DNA of 64,000 bases from Eledone cirrhosa (Eukaryota). A program made the translations under genes and the position numbers. Where the stretch lies: the NCBI GenBank assembly GCA_964016885.1, contig OZ024741.1, positions 38,130,001 through 38,194,000 on the forward strand, written 5' to 3'. The notes under the pieces are model-generated. The model was not told where the DNA came from. It did no database searches and worked only from the letters and a program-made list of their open reading frames with translations. This document shows, one piece after another, positions 62,037 to 64,000 of the stretch; within the stretch, counting starts at the first letter, position 1; every line of letters begins with the position of its first letter.

Positions 62037-63053
62037 GTCCTGGGTCAAGAAGAGACCGAGACTGGGTGATTGGCATCTGGAATGTTGCCAGGCACTCACT
62101 TCCCTCTACCAAGCGAGCAATGCCATTAGTGGAACTTCCACTCTCGAGTTCTATAGAGGATTAGTGGTGGGCATGTGCGATGACGCACTCGGAGAAGCTA
62201 TGGGCCTCGACGAAGTCGAACTGACCAATTTGTACCGGAGGACTTTTGAGCCGGGGACGATAGACAATTTCCAGAAATCCCTCGCTTGGCAGTGCTACCG
62301 GGGGGGGGGGCACTGCCGGTTCGAGATAAACTCTACAGGCACGGAAGTGCTGTCAGACGGACCTGCCCAAGATTCACACAGAACGACGAAACCGTTCTGC
62401 ACGCACTTGTCCAATGACCGTGCATTACTGATTTGTGGAGTTATGTCGAACAGCTACTGTCGCGTGTGGAACGAATCCGGCTATCGGTTGAGTCCATAGT
62501 GAAGATCGAGCCGCCACCTTCCTTAGGTCAAGAAGAGCAGGAAATTTTCCTCTGTCTAGTGGCAGTTGAGAAAGAGGTTGTATGGTGGACCAGGTTAAAA
62601 GGACTGAAGACAGACACTTTCTCTTCGGCCAATCCCTCATCAACTTCTTCAAGTTTCACCTGGAAAGGAAGGTGAGGGTGGAGAGAGAAGTGCTGCCCCC
62701 CCAGTACATTTGCTAAAAGGTGGGTGAATGTGGCGAGAATGGCTCGTGTGAATGGGCCTACTCTGACCATGCGCCTATAGGCTAGCTAACTTGAGAGGGG
62801 TGCTCTCCCTGGGTGCCCTAGAAGCGCAGGGTGGTTCAGGATTGGTGGGGTACCCGAGTCACCCCAGAGTCGTCCACCCCTATCGGGGAATTTATTTTGT
62901 TATATTTATGCATAGTTTATTTTATATTTTTATATCTTCATTGTTAAATTAGTCTTGCGATTGTGCACTTTTACTCGACCTTATTGTAAACCCCCACTGT
63001 CCCTGTTTTTGTATTGTCCCCTACATGTCGGCCCTTGTGGCTAATAAATGAAA

Positions 63054-63055
<2 letters not shown>
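62037..63055 (+). mobile_element. Tx1 family C, 5'-truncated and degenerate
   Basis: SWVKKRPR..DNFQKSLAWQCYRG..VWWTRLKGLKT homologous to the ORF2 C-terminus; ends GGCCCTTGTGGCTAATAAATGAAATC(ATT)19. Confidence 0.88.
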
Positions 63056-63112
<57 letters not shown>

Positions 63113-63119
63113 GCCCCTC

Positions 63120-63155
<36 letters not shown>

Positions 63156-63159
63156 AAGT

Positions 63160-63450
63160 ATTTCCGTAGAAAAGGTAAATGAAAAAAGAGTGCTCTATGT
63201 ATTGTACAGAGCTATTTAATTACACGATAAACAACACAATATGATTATTTCATTTCCAAAGGTTTCAAGAAACTAAATGATTCTTGAAAGGAATATCCAG
63301 TTCAATCGCCAGACAAAATAATTATGTTTTAGATATCCAAAACAATTATTTTGTCTGACGACTGAACTGGATGCCGTTTGCAAGAATCATCTAGTTTCTT
63401 GAAACCTTCGGTAGTGAAATAATTATATTGTGTTGTTTATTATGTAAGTA

Positions 63451-63455
<5 letters not shown>
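63160..63455. mobile_element. Fold-back hammerhead element, diverged family H2, reverse orientation
   Basis: AAAAAAGAGTGCTCTATGTA tail is the reverse complement of the ~6927-6946 sequence; HHR TATTTTGT-CTGACGA...GAAA-CCTTCGG-TA-GTGAAATA at 63347-63421. Confidence 0.65.
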
Positions 63456-63542
<87 letters not shown>

Positions 63543-63709
63543 ATATATATGTATATATATATATATATATGGATATATATATGGATATAAATATATATAT
63601 ATATAATAGTAATAATAATAATTTTGAAGACTAAAATCCAAAGAGGGCTCGATAAGGATAAATATATATCAAATATATAAGAACCGTAGAGCAAATATTT
63701 ATTAAAATA

Positions 63710-64000
63710 ACAGATTAAAGTTTAAGCAAAGAATCGCTGCTTTCACCCTTAACGGGATCTTCTGAAACAAACAAAGTCAATCTGTAAACGCAGAAGTGGA
63801 TATTTGATCACGTATTATATTCGTTTTTCCCGTTCTTTGCCAGGGAACGTTTCCACGAATCAAAGTATCGTCTTCCTGTCTTCCTCCGGTTGCAACGTTT
63901 TTTGAAACATCCACTTCTGCGTTTACAGATTGACTTTGTTAGTTTCAGAAGATCCCGTTAAGGGTGAAAGCAGCGATTCTTTGCTTAAACTTTAATCTGT
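63710..64000. repeat. ~90-bp-arm inverted repeat with degenerate hammerhead motif
   Basis: 63710-63801 is the reverse complement of 63909-64000; AGTTT-CAGAAGA-TCCC/GGGT-GAAA-GCA...TGC-TT-AAACT. Confidence 0.6.

Noticed and set aside
61783-62499. ORFs spanning D4, (TTA)n and Tx1-C, suggesting a chimeric protein
   Set aside because: Read-through across stop-free frames of the microsatellite joining elements on opposite strands.

Overview
AT-rich eukaryotic (metazoan) DNA with no recognisable host gene. The SINE repertoire looks cephalopod/octopus-like, which is an inference. About 47 kb (13895-60830) is one compound array of non-LTR retrotransposons, with (TTA)n separating every element. Six L1/Tx1-clade elements (APE endonuclease, two families) lie head-to-tail on +. 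They meet tail-to-tail at about 49.7 kb with four R4/Dong-type elements (restriction-like endonuclease, two families) lying head-to-tail on -. A second small (TTA)n locus (61379-63112) again holds one element of each clade. Both clades end in tails that make the same TTA/TAA duplex, so each insertion regenerates the target for both. The flanks contain tRNA-derived SINEs whose 3' end resembles the Tx1 3' end, plus microsatellites. They also contain many (TA)n-embedded fold-back or tandem elements carrying type I hammerhead ribozyme (HHR) motifs, resembling Penelope pseudo-LTRs or retrozymes. One is a ~600-bp tandem unit with a U3-A8 core variant. All comparisons were made by eye; no database searches or folding programs were run.
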